Assembly (NCBI GenBank): GCA_046290465.1
Contig: JBKAGP010000001.1
Span: forward strand, 2,048,001 to 2,112,000
From: Planctomycetota bacterium
GTDB taxonomy: Bacteria; Planctomycetota; UBA1135; UBA2386
DNA length: 64,000 bases
Reading direction: 5' to 3'
In this document: positions 20,333 to 33,409 of the stretch, piece by piece
Position numbering within the stretch: position 1 is the first letter of the stretch
Layout: the number at the start of each line of letters is the position of its first letter
The notes under the pieces: model-generated
The model's database searches: none
What the model saw: the letters and a program-made list of their open reading frames with translations, nothing else
What the model was told of the DNA's origin: nothing
Program-made: the position numbers and the translations under genes

Positions 20333-21807
20333 ATGCAGACCATCGCCGTCGTCCACTCCCTCTCCGACTGGCCCGTCGACGTCCCCGGCATCGAGGTCGT
20401 CACCGCCCGCGACTACCTGACCGCCCCCGAGTGGACCGGCAACCGCCGCCTCCGGGTGTTCAACCTGTGCCGCAGCTACGCCTACCAGAGCGAAGGCTAC
20501 TACGTGTCGCTGTTGGGTTCGGCGCGCGGCCACCGGCCGTTCCCCGACCTGCGCAGCGTGCTCGACATGAAGCACCGCTTCCAGGTGCGCGTGCTCGACG
20601 AGGAACTCGACGAACGGATCCAGCGCAGCCTCGCCGACATCCAGGGCGAGCGCTTCGAGCTGAGCGTCTACTTCGGCACCAACCTGGCGCGCCGCCACGC
20701 CCGGCTGGCGCAGGCGCTGTTCGCGCAGTTCCCGGTGCCGATGCTGCGCGCCTCGTTCGTGCGCAAGGCCCGCGACGGCCGCTGGCACATGACGCGGGTC
20801 GCGCCGCTGTCGCTGCGTGACGTTCCGGACGGCCACCGCGAGTTCCTCGCCGAGGCCATGCACGACCATACCGGCCGCCGGCGCCGCCGCGCCCGCACCG
20901 CGCGCCGCGAGGCCCGCTACGACCTCGGCATCCTGTACGACCCGGCCGAGAAGCTGGCGCCGTCGGATCCGCGCGCGCTCGCGCGCTTCCGCCGCGCCGC
21001 CCGCAAGGTCGGCTTCGACGTACAGATGCTGCAGAAGGACGACTACGCCCGGCTCGCCGAGTTCGACGCGCTGCTGCTGCGCGAGACTACCGCCGTCGAC
21101 CACCACACGTTCCGGTTCGCGCAGCGCGCCGAACGGCTCGGCATCGTCGTCGTCGACGACGCCACCTCGATCCTGCGCAGCACCAACAAGGTCTACCAGG
21201 CCGAAGCGCTGGCGCGCCACAAGGTGCCGATCCCGCGCACGCTGATCGTCGGCGAGGTCGACGTCGACACGATCGTCGCCCAGATCGGCCTGCCTTGCGT
21301 GCTCAAGTATCCGGACAGCTCGTTCTCGCAGGGCGTCGTCAAGTGCGAGGACGCCGACCAGATCCGCGACCAGGGCCGCGGCATCCTGGCCGAGTCCGAC
21401 CTGCTGCTGGCGCAGGAGTACCTGCCGACCGGCTTCGACTGGCGGGTCGGCGTGTTCGGCGGCGAGGCGCTCTACGCCTGCCGCTACCTGATGGCGCGCG
21501 GCCACTGGCAGATCGTCAAGCGGACCGGCGAGGGTCGCTTCCGGCACGGCCGCGTCGAACCGGTCCCGCTCGACCGGGTGCCCGCCGAGGTCGTCGAGAT
21601 CGCGCTGCGCGCCGCCGGCGCGTTCGGCGACAGCCTCTACGGCGTCGACCTCAAGGTCGTCGACGACGCCATCTACGTGACCGAGGTGAACGACAACCCC
21701 AACATCGACGCCGGCTGCGAGGACGCGGTGCTCGGCGAGGACCTCTACCTGCGCATCATGCAGGGCATGCTCGACCGCGTGCGCGCGCACAAGCGCGAGG
21801 TGGTGGC

Positions 21808-21811
<4 letters not shown>
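20333..21811 (+). CDS. RimK-family ATP-grasp ligase with N-terminal RLAN domain
   Basis: N-terminal VFNLCRSYAYQSEGYYVSLL..ARGHRP (RLAN); ATP-grasp motifs NKVY, CVLKYPDSSFSQGV, AQEYLPTGFDWRVGV, YGVDLK, EVNDNPNID. Confidence 0.9.
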
Positions 21812-23045
<1,234 letters not shown>

Positions 23046-23049
<4 letters not shown>

Positions 23050-23756
23050 GCACGGTCGTGATCTCGTGCGAGCACGCGACCGACCGCGTGCCGGCGGCCT
23101 ACGCGCCCTGGTTCGCGAGCGCGGCGGCGGCGCTGCAGAGCCACCGCGGCGTCGACTTCGGCGCCGCACTGCTTGCCGACGAACTCGCCGACGCGCTCGG
23201 GGTGCCGGCCCTGCACGCCGACGTCACCCGCCTGCTGGTCGACACCAACCGTTCGCAGGGCGAACGCGCGATCTTCTCGGAGTGGTCGTGGCCGATGCCC
23301 GAAGACCTGCGCCGACGCGCGCTGCGCGAACACTGGAGCCACCACCGCGACCGGGTCACCGCCGCTGTGCGCGCGGTCATCGACGGCGGCGGCTCGGCCG
23401 TGCACGTCGGCGTGCACTCGTTCACGCCGGAGCTCGACGGCGAGGTGCGCGAGATCGACGTCGCCTGGCTGTTCGATCCGGACCGTCCCGCCGAGGTCCG
23501 GTTCGTCGACGCGTGGCAGCGGGCGCTGGCCGAGGCCGCCCCGGAGCTGCGCCTGCGCCGCAACGAGCCCTACCAGGGCACCAGCGACGGCCTGACCACG
23601 GACCTGCGCCTGCAGTTCGACGACGCCCGCTACCTGGGCATCGAACTCGAGGTCAACCAGGGACTTGCGCTCGGCGACGCGGCTGCCTGGCGGCGCCTGC
23701 GGCGGGCGCTGGTCGCGACGGTGCCGCGCCCGTCGTCGCACAGAGTGCTTACGTGA
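23046..23756 (+). CDS. N-formylglutamate amidohydrolase-like zinc peptidase
   Basis: SCEHA, HRGVDFGA, TRLLVDTNRS, VHSFTP, NEPYQG, IELEVNQ; GTGA overlap. Confidence 0.85.
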
Positions 23757-23785
23757 CCGACGCCGAGACGGCGTAGGGTGCGCGC

Positions 23786-25000
23786 ATGATCCGTCGCGTT
23801 CTCTCCCTCCCGGGATCGATCCTGCTGGCCCCGTTCCTGCTGGCCGCCCCCGCCGCCGCCCAGCAGCTCGAACGGCCAGAGCTCGCGCTCGACGTCGGCC
23901 CGGTCGTCTGCTTCTCGAAGAACGCCGGCGGCAGCCCGCGGCAGACCGACCTCTACGTCGCCAACTGCGACGGCGAGCGCGGCGCGCAGCGGTTCTGTCG
24001 GGTGCAGGGCAACGTGCGCATCGTCACCCGCCTCGACCGCAGCCACTTCCTGCTGGCGTGCTACGACCAGCCCTACGGCCTGGTCGTCGTCGATGCCGCG
24101 ACCGGCGTGCAGCACCTGCTGGCCGACGGCTCGCCGCACGACTTCGTCGCCCTGCACGGCGGCGACGTGCTCTACCTCGGCGACGACCGCTGGGGCAAGG
24201 GCGACCACTTCCTGTACGCCCGGCCGTGGCGCGGCGGCGAACGGCGCAAGCTGACCGAGGTGCAGCTCGACGCCGTGCCGATCGTCGACGGCAACCTGGC
24301 GATCGCGGTGACGGCCGGCGAGCGGGAGGTCTGGAAGGTCAGCCTGACGCGCGGCGCCGGCAGCCGCGTGCACCGGCTGCCCGAGGGCACCATGAGCACC
24401 CGCCTGGCGCTGTCGCCCGGCGGCCAGCGGCTCGCGATCGGCTGCAACCAGCAGGGCCGCGGGCGGCTGACGGTGGTCGACCTCGCGACCGGTAAGGCGC
24501 TGCAGGTGTGGAAGACGATCAACATCACGGTGTCGCCGCTGTCGAGTTCGCTGCCGCGGCTCGAGGTCGGCTGGCACGACGACGGCCACGTCGTGACCGC
24601 CGAGACGATCGGCAACGGCCGCAACGGCGGGCACTTCGCGTTCGTGCGGCGCTCGATCGCCAGCGGCGAGGTCGTCGAGGAACTCGACGCCGGCGACCTG
24701 GGGCTCAGCCACCCGCAGCCGCCGACGCCCGGCGCACCGGCCGCCGAGCCGCTGTTCTCGGTGCAGCCCCGCGGCGACCGCTACCTGCTGCTGCGGGCCG
24801 ACCGCGAACGTCCGGTCGCCGAAGCCGCCAACGTGCGCGGCCGCGCCTGCCCGCTGGCCGTCAGTCCGGACGGCGCCTACGCCGTCGAACAGCTCGAACG
24901 CGACCCCACCAAGCGCGTGCTGCACCGCCGCACCGGCCCGCCGCTCGCCCTGTTCGACCAGCCCTGCACCGACCTGTGCTGGTTCGGTCCGAGCCGCTGA
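23786..25000 (+). CDS. Secreted hypothetical protein, probable TolB-like beta-propeller
   Basis: Signal peptide ending APAAA-Q; LALSPGGQRLAI and AVSPDGAYAV blade-like motifs. Confidence 0.55.
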   Translation: MIRRVLSLPGSILLAPFLLAAPAAAQQLERPELALDVGPVVCFSKNAGGSPRQTDLYVANCDGERGAQRFCRVQGNVRIVTRLDRSHFLLACYDQPYGLVVVDAATGVQHLLADGSPHDFVALHGGDVLYLGDDRWGKGDHFLYARPWRGGERRKLTEVQLDAVPIVDGNLAIAVTAGEREVWKVSLTRGAGSRVHRLPEGTMSTRLALSPGGQRLAIGCNQQGRGRLTVVDLATGKALQVWKTINITVSPLSSSLPRLEVGWHDDGHVVTAETIGNGRNGGHFAFVRRSIASGEVVEELDAGDLGLSHPQPPTPGAPAAEPLFSVQPRGDRYLLLRADRERPVAEAANVRGRACPLAVSPDGAYAVEQLERDPTKRVLHRRTGPPLALFDQPCTDLCWFGPSR

Positions 25001-25070
25001 CCGCGACGCCACAACTCGCCCAAACGCGAAGTGGTCTTTGCGCGGCGCCTCGTTAGACTCGGGGCCCGGA

Positions 25071-25589
25071 ATGGTTCTCCCGCTTGCCCTCCGGACTTCG
25101 CTGTTGCTCGTGGCCGGAGGTCTCGCCGCGTGCGCCAGCAGCGGCGGCGGTTCTGGCGGCGGTCCCGAGCCGGAGCGCGCCAGCGTGATGCTGATCTCGC
25201 GCACCAGCCCGACGCTCGCGCTGATGAACATCGGCACCCCGGTGCCGCCCGCCCCCAACGGCAACGACGTCGTCGCCAAGATGGTCGAACCGGCCGGCAT
25301 GGCGGCGCTGGTCGAGACGTTCGGCTCCGAGGACATGTTCCGCTTCGCGCTCGCCGACGCCCCGACCGGCGCCCGCCAGGCGCTGGTGCTCGATCGCGAC
25401 GGCGAGCGCTCGGTCTGGGTGTTCACCGGCAACGCCAGGGACCCGGGCTACGTCACGTTCGTCCAGGCCCGCAACTACTTCCTGCAGCTGTTCAACCACG
25501 CCCAGAACTACGTGCCGGACGAGCAGGCGAAGCAGGACATGAAGGAGTCGCGCGAGTTCGACGACGAGCGCCGTCGGAGGCAGCGGTGA
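25071..25589 (+). CDS. Hypothetical lipoprotein
   Basis: MVLPLALRTSLLLVAGGLAA-C lipobox followed by a Gly/Ser linker; stop overlaps kdsB start. Confidence 0.7.
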   Translation: MVLPLALRTSLLLVAGGLAACASSGGGSGGGPEPERASVMLISRTSPTLALMNIGTPVPPAPNGNDVVAKMVEPAGMAALVETFGSEDMFRFALADAPTGARQALVLDRDGERSVWVFTGNARDPGYVTFVQARNYFLQLFNHAQNYVPDEQAKQDMKESREFDDERRRRQR

Positions 25590-26335
25590 GCGTCGACGCC
25601 CTGGCGATCATCCCGGTGCGCGTCGGCAGCCAGCGGCTGCCCGGCAAGGCGCTGCTGGACGAGAGCGGCAAGCCGCTGTTCCTGCACACCTGCGACCAGG
25701 CGAGGAACACCGCCAACATCGACCTGGTCTGCGTCGCGACCGACGACGACCGCGTCGAGGCCGCCGCACGCGCCCACGGTTACGAGGTCGCGCGCACCAG
25801 CCCCGACTGCCGCACCGGCAGCGAGCGCTGCGCCGAAGCCGCCCGGCAGATCGAAAGCCGGGCCGTGCTCGACATCCAGGGCGACTGGCCCGAGGTCGAT
25901 CCGCGCGACCTCGAGGCGCTGGTCGCGCAGCTGCTCGCCGGCGACAGCGCCTGCAACACGCTGTGCGCGCGCCTCGACGACCCGGCCACGATCCAGAACC
26001 CGAACGTCGTCAAGGTCGTGCGCGGCGGCAACGGCAAGGCGCTGTACTTCAGCCGGCAGCCGATTCCGTTCGTCCAGGAAGGTCCGTCCGTCGCGGCCGG
26101 CAGCTTCCCGATCCTGCGCCACATCGGCGTCTACGGCTTCGCGCGCGACACCCTGCTGCGCGTGCCGGGCCTGCCGTCGAGCGGCCTCGCCGAGGCCGAG
26201 AGCCTCGAGCAACTGCGCTTCCTCGAGAACGACATCCAGATGCACGTGCTCGACGCCACCGGCAACCCGTGGGGCATCGAAACGCGCGAAGACTACGACG
26301 CCTACCTGCACCGCCTGAGCACCCAGAGCAACTGA
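25586..26335 (+). CDS. kdsB: 3-deoxy-manno-octulosonate cytidylyltransferase (CMP-Kdo synthetase)
   Basis: [63 protein letters not shown]. Confidence 0.95.
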   Translation: MSVDALAIIPVRVGSQRLPGKALLDESGKPLFLHTCDQARNTANIDLVCVATDDDRVEAAARAHGYEVARTSPDCRTGSERCAEAARQIESRAVLDIQGDWPEVDPRDLEALVAQLLAGDSACNTLCARLDDPATIQNPNVVKVVRGGNGKALYFSRQPIPFVQEGPSVAAGSFPILRHIGVYGFARDTLLRVPGLPSSGLAEAESLEQLRFLENDIQMHVLDATGNPWGIETREDYDAYLHRLSTQSN

Positions 26336-26345
26336 CCGCAACTAT

Positions 26346-27968
<1,623 letters not shown>

Positions 27969-28012
27969 GCTGGGCTGAGCCTGCGCTGGGCTGGGCCTGC
28001 GCTGGGCTGAGC
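27969..28012. repeat. Short tandem repeat, about 2.75 copies of a 16-bp unit
   Basis: GCTGGGCTGAGCCTGC / GCTGGGCTGGGCCTGC / GCTGGGCTGAGC immediately after the pyrG stop. Confidence 0.8.
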
Positions 28013-28032
28013 AGGACGGAGCGCCGTCCGGG

Positions 28033-28075
28033 CGTCACGCGCGATCGGAGGATTTCTCCGAGAACGCGCGTGACG
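28033..28075. terminator. Inverted repeat/hairpin downstream of pyrG
   Basis: CGTCACGCGCG...CGCGCGTGACG outer stem with inner TCGGAG/CTCCGA stem; no U-tract. Confidence 0.45.
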
Positions 28076-28185
28076 GGGAACCGCTGCGGCCGCCTGTGCG
28101 TTGCGCGCCCGTCGCAATATCGCCCGGACATCCTCGTTACCGTCGAAGTTCGGGGAAGAACTGCGCCATCGCTGCGTCCCCCACT

Positions 28186-28213
28186 TTGCACGTCGCGCGC
28201 CCCCTCGTACCAT
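28186..28213 (+). promoter_or_regulatory. Putative sigma-70 promoter of the DUF1570-like gene pair
   Basis: TTGCAC-16 nt-TACCAT, followed by AAGGAGAGG RBS and GTG 28256. Confidence 0.45.
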
Positions 28214-28255
28214 GCGCGCTCGAAGTTAGACCCCACGAAGGAGAGGTTGACACAC

Positions 28256-29920
28256 GTGAACTACGCCCTGCCCAGCCTGCTGATCGCTGCTCTCTGCATC
28301 GCCGACGGTGCCCAGGCACAGACCCTCAAGGGTCGCAAATGGAGCCACGAGAAGCACGGCATCAAGATGACGATCCCGGACGGCTATGACGTCGTCCCCC
28401 TGCAGATCGACGAGCAATGGATCGTCGCCAAGTTCCTCTCCGAGAAGAGCTACATCTCGAAGAGCAAGGAATACAACCACGAGCACAAGCCGCTGATGCG
28501 CGTGATCGTCTTCACCGAGAAGGCGAAGAAGGGCACCGGCACCGAGGTGCACGAGAGCGAGGACGGCAAGACCAAGTTCGTCGGCATCGGCGCCGTCCCC
28601 TACCAGGGCTACCGCGACTACGTGAAGCGCCACCGCAAGGGCTTCTTCTTCTCCAAGGAGGAGGACGACAAGATCGGCGGTGAGGAAGCGCTGATGTGCG
28701 AGATCCAGGTGCACAAGAGCGAGCCGAAGCTGCACATCTACTCGGTCGTGTTCCGTCGCCCGACGTTCGAGATGGCGGTCGAGTTCGAGTGCCTGGAGGA
28801 CCGCAAGGATCGCGTCGAGAAGCACATCATGCGGACGCTCAACAGCATCCGCTTCGAGGAGCCGGCCGCCGGCGCGACCGCGGTCATCACCGGCAACAAG
28901 AAGGCCCGCCGCACCTCGACCCGCCTGTGGACCGCGTTCCGCAACGAGTGGCGCAAGCGCCCGCACGAGGAACGCCACCAGATCCGTAAGGAGATGGAGG
29001 AGGACCATCACGCCAAGGTCCGCAAGCTCACGCCCGACGACTGGACCGTCAGCGAGTCGCGCCACTTCCTCGTCGTCAGCCACGCCGGGGACAAGTTCAC
29101 CGACCAGATGACCACGGGCGCCGAGATGTTCTGGGAGTGGTGCGAGGACGAGTTCGGCAAGCTCGGTGAGGACTACGTGCGCCGCCCGGTCCTGCGCCTG
29201 TGCAAGGACGCCGACGAGTACGCAGCGTTCCACTTCGACTCGTCCAACAACACCGGCTGGTCGCTGGTCGGCGCCGAGCGCGAGATCGGCACCTACTACG
29301 ACAACTACAACGGCTCGTCGGGCCGCGACGTCAGCCTGCTGTTCCCCGGCATCCTGGTGCACTTCCTGCAGGAGAAGGATCCCTACATCGTCTCCTACAC
29401 GCCGTACTGGCTGACCTGGGCGCTCAACGACTACGTCAGCGAGTGCTACGTCAAGGGCCGCAAGCTCGACTTCCGCGTCGGCGACTACACCCGCGACGAG
29501 GCCCGCGACATGGTGCGCGAGGACAAGCTGCCCGAGCTGAAGGAACTGCTGGCGCGCAGCGAGTCGGAGTTCACCAAGGCGATGAACGCGGACCGTCGCA
29601 ACGCCTACGCCACCTCACAGGCGCTGCGCTACGTGCTCAAGCAGAAGCGCGACAAGTCGTTCAAGGACTTCATCAACCGCTACTTCGAGGCCGCCATCGC
29701 GGTCGGCGAGAAGCACGGCGACAAGGGCGGCCGCACGTTCCAGGCGGCCGAGACCGAGGAAGAGGAGGAGCGGCGCGAGAAGGAATACGCCGATGCCTCG
29801 AAGGCGCGCGCCAAGAAGCTCCAGGAGGAGATCAACAAGCTGATGCTGTCGGAGATCCCCGACAAGAGCTGGAAGAAGCACGAAAAGGCGTTCGCCAAGT
29901 TCGTCAAGAAGGGCAAGTAG
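28256..29920 (+). CDS. Secreted protein with a degenerate DUF1570/gluzincin-like domain (no HExxH)
   Basis: Strong RBS; signal peptide ending AQA-Q; ESRHFLVVS, LRLCKDADEY and LLFPGILVHFL...PYWLTWALNDY parallel motifs in the downstream gene. Confidence 0.6.
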   Translation: MNYALPSLLIAALCIADGAQAQTLKGRKWSHEKHGIKMTIPDGYDVVPLQIDEQWIVAKFLSEKSYISKSKEYNHEHKPLMRVIVFTEKAKKGTGTEVHESEDGKTKFVGIGAVPYQGYRDYVKRHRKGFFFSKEEDDKIGGEEALMCEIQVHKSEPKLHIYSVVFRRPTFEMAVEFECLEDRKDRVEKHIMRTLNSIRFEEPAAGATAVITGNKKARRTSTRLWTAFRNEWRKRPHEERHQIRKEMEEDHHAKVRKLTPDDWTVSESRHFLVVSHAGDKFTDQMTTGAEMFWEWCEDEFGKLGEDYVRRPVLRLCKDADEYAAFHFDSSNNTGWSLVGAEREIGTYYDNYNGSSGRDVSLLFPGILVHFLQEKDPYIVSYTPYWLTWALNDYVSECYVKGRKLDFRVGDYTRDEARDMVREDKLPELKELLARSESEFTKAMNADRRNAYATSQALRYVLKQKRDKSFKDFINRYFEAAIAVGEKHGDKGGRTFQAAETEEEEERREKEYADASKARAKKLQEEINKLMLSEIPDKSWKKHEKAFAKFVKKGK

Positions 29921-29922
29921 TC

Positions 29923-31461
29923 ATGACCGCGTTCCCCCATCTGCGAGCCCTGCCGCTCGCCACCGTCACTGCGCTCGGCCTCGCGGCCGGCGCCGCCGCC
30001 CAGGACAGCATCCAGCTGACCGACGGCCGCTTCATCATCGACCAGAAGATCAGCAAGCACGAGAAGGGCGCGGTCATCCACTACCAGCACGGCGACGTGA
30101 TCGTGCCCAAGGAGCTGATCCGCACGTGCAGCGCGTTCGCTGCCAACGCGATCGAGAGCACCTACACCGCCGAAGAACAGGCCAAGGTCGACAAGGGCCA
30201 GGTGCTGTTCGAGGGCAAGTGGATCCCCGAGAAGAAGCGCGACAAGATCCTCGCCGAGCGACGCAAGACGCGCGCCGAGCGCATCGAGGAGGCCAAGAAG
30301 CACCGCCTGTGGCGCAACCGCCACAAGCTCAACACCAAGAACTTCGCCTTCGAGTACACCATCGACCCGGAGGTGATGAAGCGCTACGCGGACATGCTGG
30401 AGGTCTACTACAAGACCTTCACCAAGACGTGGGGCATCAAGAAGCCGCGCGACATGGGCCGCCTGAAGGTCTGCTTCTACCACGACGCGGACTACTTCTA
30501 CCAGGTCGGCGGCGCGCCCAACGGCGTCATCGGCTACTTCCGCTTCGTCAAGCCGATCGAGCTCAACTTCTACTACGAGCGCCTCGACGAGGAGCTGACG
30601 CAGGACGTGCTGTTCCACGAGGCGAACCACTACCTGACCCACCTGATCGACCCGAAGTTCCACTACCCGAGCTGGGTGAACGAGTCGCTGGCCGAGTACT
30701 ACGGCGCCAGCGAGTGGGATCCGGACAAGAAGAAGATGCACGTCGGCAACCTCCAGGAGGGCCGCCTCGCGGTCATCCAGGACGCGATCCGTCGTGACGA
30801 GTGGCAGGGCCTCGAGGACCTGATCCGGCTGCCGCAGTCGTCGTTCACGGCGACCCACTACGCGTGGGGCTGGAGCTTCGTGCACTACCTGATGTCGGAG
30901 CCGAAGACCGCCAAGGCCTTCAAGAAGTTCTACCTGGCGCTGGGTCGCGACAAGAAGATCGACCGCGTGCCGCACTTCTACGACATCAAGAAGTGCGAGC
31001 CCGAGGTGCAGATCGAGGTCTTCAAGAAGTACCTGAAGGTCGACGACCTGAAGGAGGTCGAGAAGGGCTGGCACGACTACGTCAAGAGCCTCAAGGCGGC
31101 CAGCGCCGGCGGCTACCGCCGCGGCGGCGAGATCGCGCTGGCGCGCGGCATGCCGATCAAGGCGCAGCGTCTGTTCAAGACCGCGCTCGACATGGGCGAC
31201 ACCAGCTGCCTGACGCACTTCGGCTACGGCCGCGCGCTCTACCAGAAGGCCAAGTACGACGAGGCCAAGAAGCACTTCCAGGCCGCGGTCGACAGCGACC
31301 CGCTGCAGGGCCGCTTCTGGATGTACCTCGCCGACGCGATGGAGCGGCTCAACGGCGACAAGGACGAGATCGAGCGCATGCGCCGGCTCGCCGTCGAGAT
31401 CGAGCCCGACAACACCAACCTCATGATCCGCATGATGCGCGATCGTGAGCTGAACCGCTGA
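29923..31461 (+). CDS. Secreted DUF1570-like zinc metallopeptidase with C-terminal TPR repeats
   Basis: Signal peptide ending AAA-Q; LFHEANH plus PSWVNESLAEY (gluzincin third ligand), YAWGWSFVHYL, TPR-like YGRALYQKAKYDEAKKHFQAAVDSDP. Confidence 0.8.
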   Translation: MTAFPHLRALPLATVTALGLAAGAAAQDSIQLTDGRFIIDQKISKHEKGAVIHYQHGDVIVPKELIRTCSAFAANAIESTYTAEEQAKVDKGQVLFEGKWIPEKKRDKILAERRKTRAERIEEAKKHRLWRNRHKLNTKNFAFEYTIDPEVMKRYADMLEVYYKTFTKTWGIKKPRDMGRLKVCFYHDADYFYQVGGAPNGVIGYFRFVKPIELNFYYERLDEELTQDVLFHEANHYLTHLIDPKFHYPSWVNESLAEYYGASEWDPDKKKMHVGNLQEGRLAVIQDAIRRDEWQGLEDLIRLPQSSFTATHYAWGWSFVHYLMSEPKTAKAFKKFYLALGRDKKIDRVPHFYDIKKCEPEVQIEVFKKYLKVDDLKEVEKGWHDYVKSLKAASAGGYRRGGEIALARGMPIKAQRLFKTALDMGDTSCLTHFGYGRALYQKAKYDEAKKHFQAAVDSDPLQGRFWMYLADAMERLNGDKDEIERMRRLAVEIEPDNTNLMIRMMRDRELNR

Positions 31462-31472
31462 TCGCGCGGCCA

Positions 31473-31490
31473 CCGGGGCTCACGCCCCGG
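31473..31490. terminator. Short GC hairpin between convergent genes
   Basis: CCGGGGC-TCAC-GCCCCGG. Confidence 0.4.
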
Positions 31491-31495
31491 CGCGC

Positions 31496-33409
31496 CTAGC
31501 GCGACGCCTTGCCGCCGAACAGGACGCGGCGGGCGCCGGTCGCGACGTCGATCTCGACGATCTCGTGGCGGTCGCGCACGGTCACCTTCGGGTAGCCGTG
31601 CCACGCCAGCATCTGGATGCGGCTGACGACCCGATCGAGCCGGGCAACGCCCCCGTCGCGGTCGACCCGCACGAACGCCGGCCGGTTCTTGCTCTCGAAC
31701 TGCACCCAGACGCCCCCATCGGGATCGCGCGGCAGCAGCGACGAGCCGAGCGCCATCGGGCAGACGTGCGAGACCCACGTCGCGGTCTCCACCGGGCAAT
31801 CCAGCGGTTCCCGTTCGCCGGTCGCGGGGTCGATCAGCTCGAGGCCGACCTTCTGCGTGCCGGGCTCGGGCCGCACCGTCGCCAGCAGACGACGGTCGTC
31901 GAACAGGCCGAGGATCCGCCAGACGCCTTCGAGTTCGCGGGTCTCGTCGCCGTCGACCACGTCCCAGCGCACGGCCCCACGCGGCAAACGCTTGGGACGC
32001 AACACCCGCACGCCGCCGACGTGGAACGCCTCCATCTGGTCCCATGCGAACTCCTCGCCGTTGACCAGGTCGACAGCTCCGCGGGATTCGCCGTAGTAGG
32101 TGAAGGCGTGCCCGATCGGGTAGATGCTGCGCGCGTCAGGGCGACGCCACGGCCGCCGTTCGACCGAACCGTCCGGCGCCTCGTAGACCAGCTCGTCGGC
32201 GTCGACCCACACGCGCACCCCGCCGGGCGCCTGGAGCTTCGTCGTGGCGCGGCGCTCTTCGAGCACCTTCGCCTCCCAGTCCTCGTCGGGCAGGATGCGG
32301 CGCGTCTCGCGGTCGTAGGCGACCTCGACCCACTGCCTGGTGACCAGGTCGTAGATGCCCTGCACCTCGTCGCCGCGCCAGTCCCACGTGCGCCAGTAGC
32401 GCTGCACGCCGGTCGTTCCCAGGTGGTACGGCGCGAGCACCTCGCTCATGACCCCAAGGTGCACGCCGCCGATCTGCTCGATCGCGCCATCACGAAGATC
32501 GATGCGCACCGGAACCGACAGCCAGTTCTCGTTCTCCGAGATCCGCGCCAGCGCGAACCGACTGTCGGGCGACAATCCGATGACCTGCCCCAGCGACGCG
32601 TTCTCGAGGTCCGGGTGGTGGTAGCGCCACGCGCGTTCGCCGAGCCACGCGCCACCGGGCAGCAGCGCGACACCGGTCGCCAGCAATCCGACCCGCGCCG
32701 AACGCAGCGCTCCGCCGCCGAGCCGGCCGCGCGTCCACGACAGCGCCGACACGACCAGGCCCGTGACCGGCACCAGCCACAGCCAGCTCTGCCAACGCAC
32801 CCCATCGAAGATCTTCGGAGCCTGCCGCTCGACGGCGAACACGAGGAGTCCGACCACCAGCACCAGCAGCACGGTGCCGAGCAGCGCCAACCGGCCGCCA
32901 GGCGTCCACGTGCCGACGGCCCAGATCCAAGGCACCAGCGCGAGCCCCGCCGCGAGCGCGTGCACGACCCACGGCAGGTTCATCCAGACCTCGCCGTCCC
33001 AGCCCCAGCGATAGAGGCCGAACCAGTGCTGGTCGAGCGACTCGACGAACAGCTCTCCGACCAACAGCCCGAGCAGCGGCAACAACAGCGTCGCCAACAC
33101 CAGGAACAGCAGCTTGCCCCAGAACGCCGGCCACAAGGCCCCTGGCAGCCGCCGCACGAACTGGTCCCCCTTGGGCCCGACGTATTCGCCGCGCACCAGC
33201 GCCGGCACCACGAACGCGACCACGCCGATGCCACCGGCGCAGACGAACCACGACACGGCGTGCGCGCCGAAGCCGTCGTCGAACCAGCTGTGCCGCGGCG
33301 CCAGGTAGAGACCGATGCACAGGCACGTGAACACCAGCAACGTGTAGGCGACCAGCAGACCGCGCTGCGCGCGCCACTCCTTCCACAAGTAGGTCAACGC
33401 GAGGTTCAC
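31496..33409 (-). CDS. ABC-2-type exporter permease fused to a C-terminal extracytoplasmic beta-rich domain
   Basis: GTG 33409 overlaps the ATPase stop; YLWKEWRAQR, FVRRLP...FWGKL permease motifs, 6-7 TM segments, then soluble LSPDSRFAL... region. Confidence 0.65.
   Translation of the reverse strand: MNLALTYLWKEWRAQRGLLVAYTLLVFTCLCIGLYLAPRHSWFDDGFGAHAVSWFVCAGGIGVVAFVVPALVRGEYVGPKGDQFVRRLPGALWPAFWGKLLFLVLATLLLPLLGLLVGELFVESLDQHWFGLYRWGWDGEVWMNLPWVVHALAAGLALVPWIWAVGTWTPGGRLALLGTVLLVLVVGLLVFAVERQAPKIFDGVRWQSWLWLVPVTGLVVSALSWTRGRLGGGALRSARVGLLATGVALLPGGAWLGERAWRYHHPDLENASLGQVIGLSPDSRFALARISENENWLSVPVRIDLRDGAIEQIGGVHLGVMSEVLAPYHLGTTGVQRYWRTWDWRGDEVQGIYDLVTRQWVEVAYDRETRRILPDEDWEAKVLEERRATTKLQAPGGVRVWVDADELVYEAPDGSVERRPWRRPDARSIYPIGHAFTYYGESRGAVDLVNGEEFAWDQMEAFHVGGVRVLRPKRLPRGAVRWDVVDGDETRELEGVWRILGLFDDRRLLATVRPEPGTQKVGLELIDPATGEREPLDCPVETATWVSHVCPMALGSSLLPRDPDGGVWVQFESKNRPAFVRVDRDGGVARLDRVVSRIQMLAWHGYPKVTVRDRHEIVEIDVATGARRVLFGGKASR

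Noticed and set aside
27969..28012. Possible CRISPR-like array
   Set aside because: Contiguous 16-bp units with no spacers, under three copies, no cas genes
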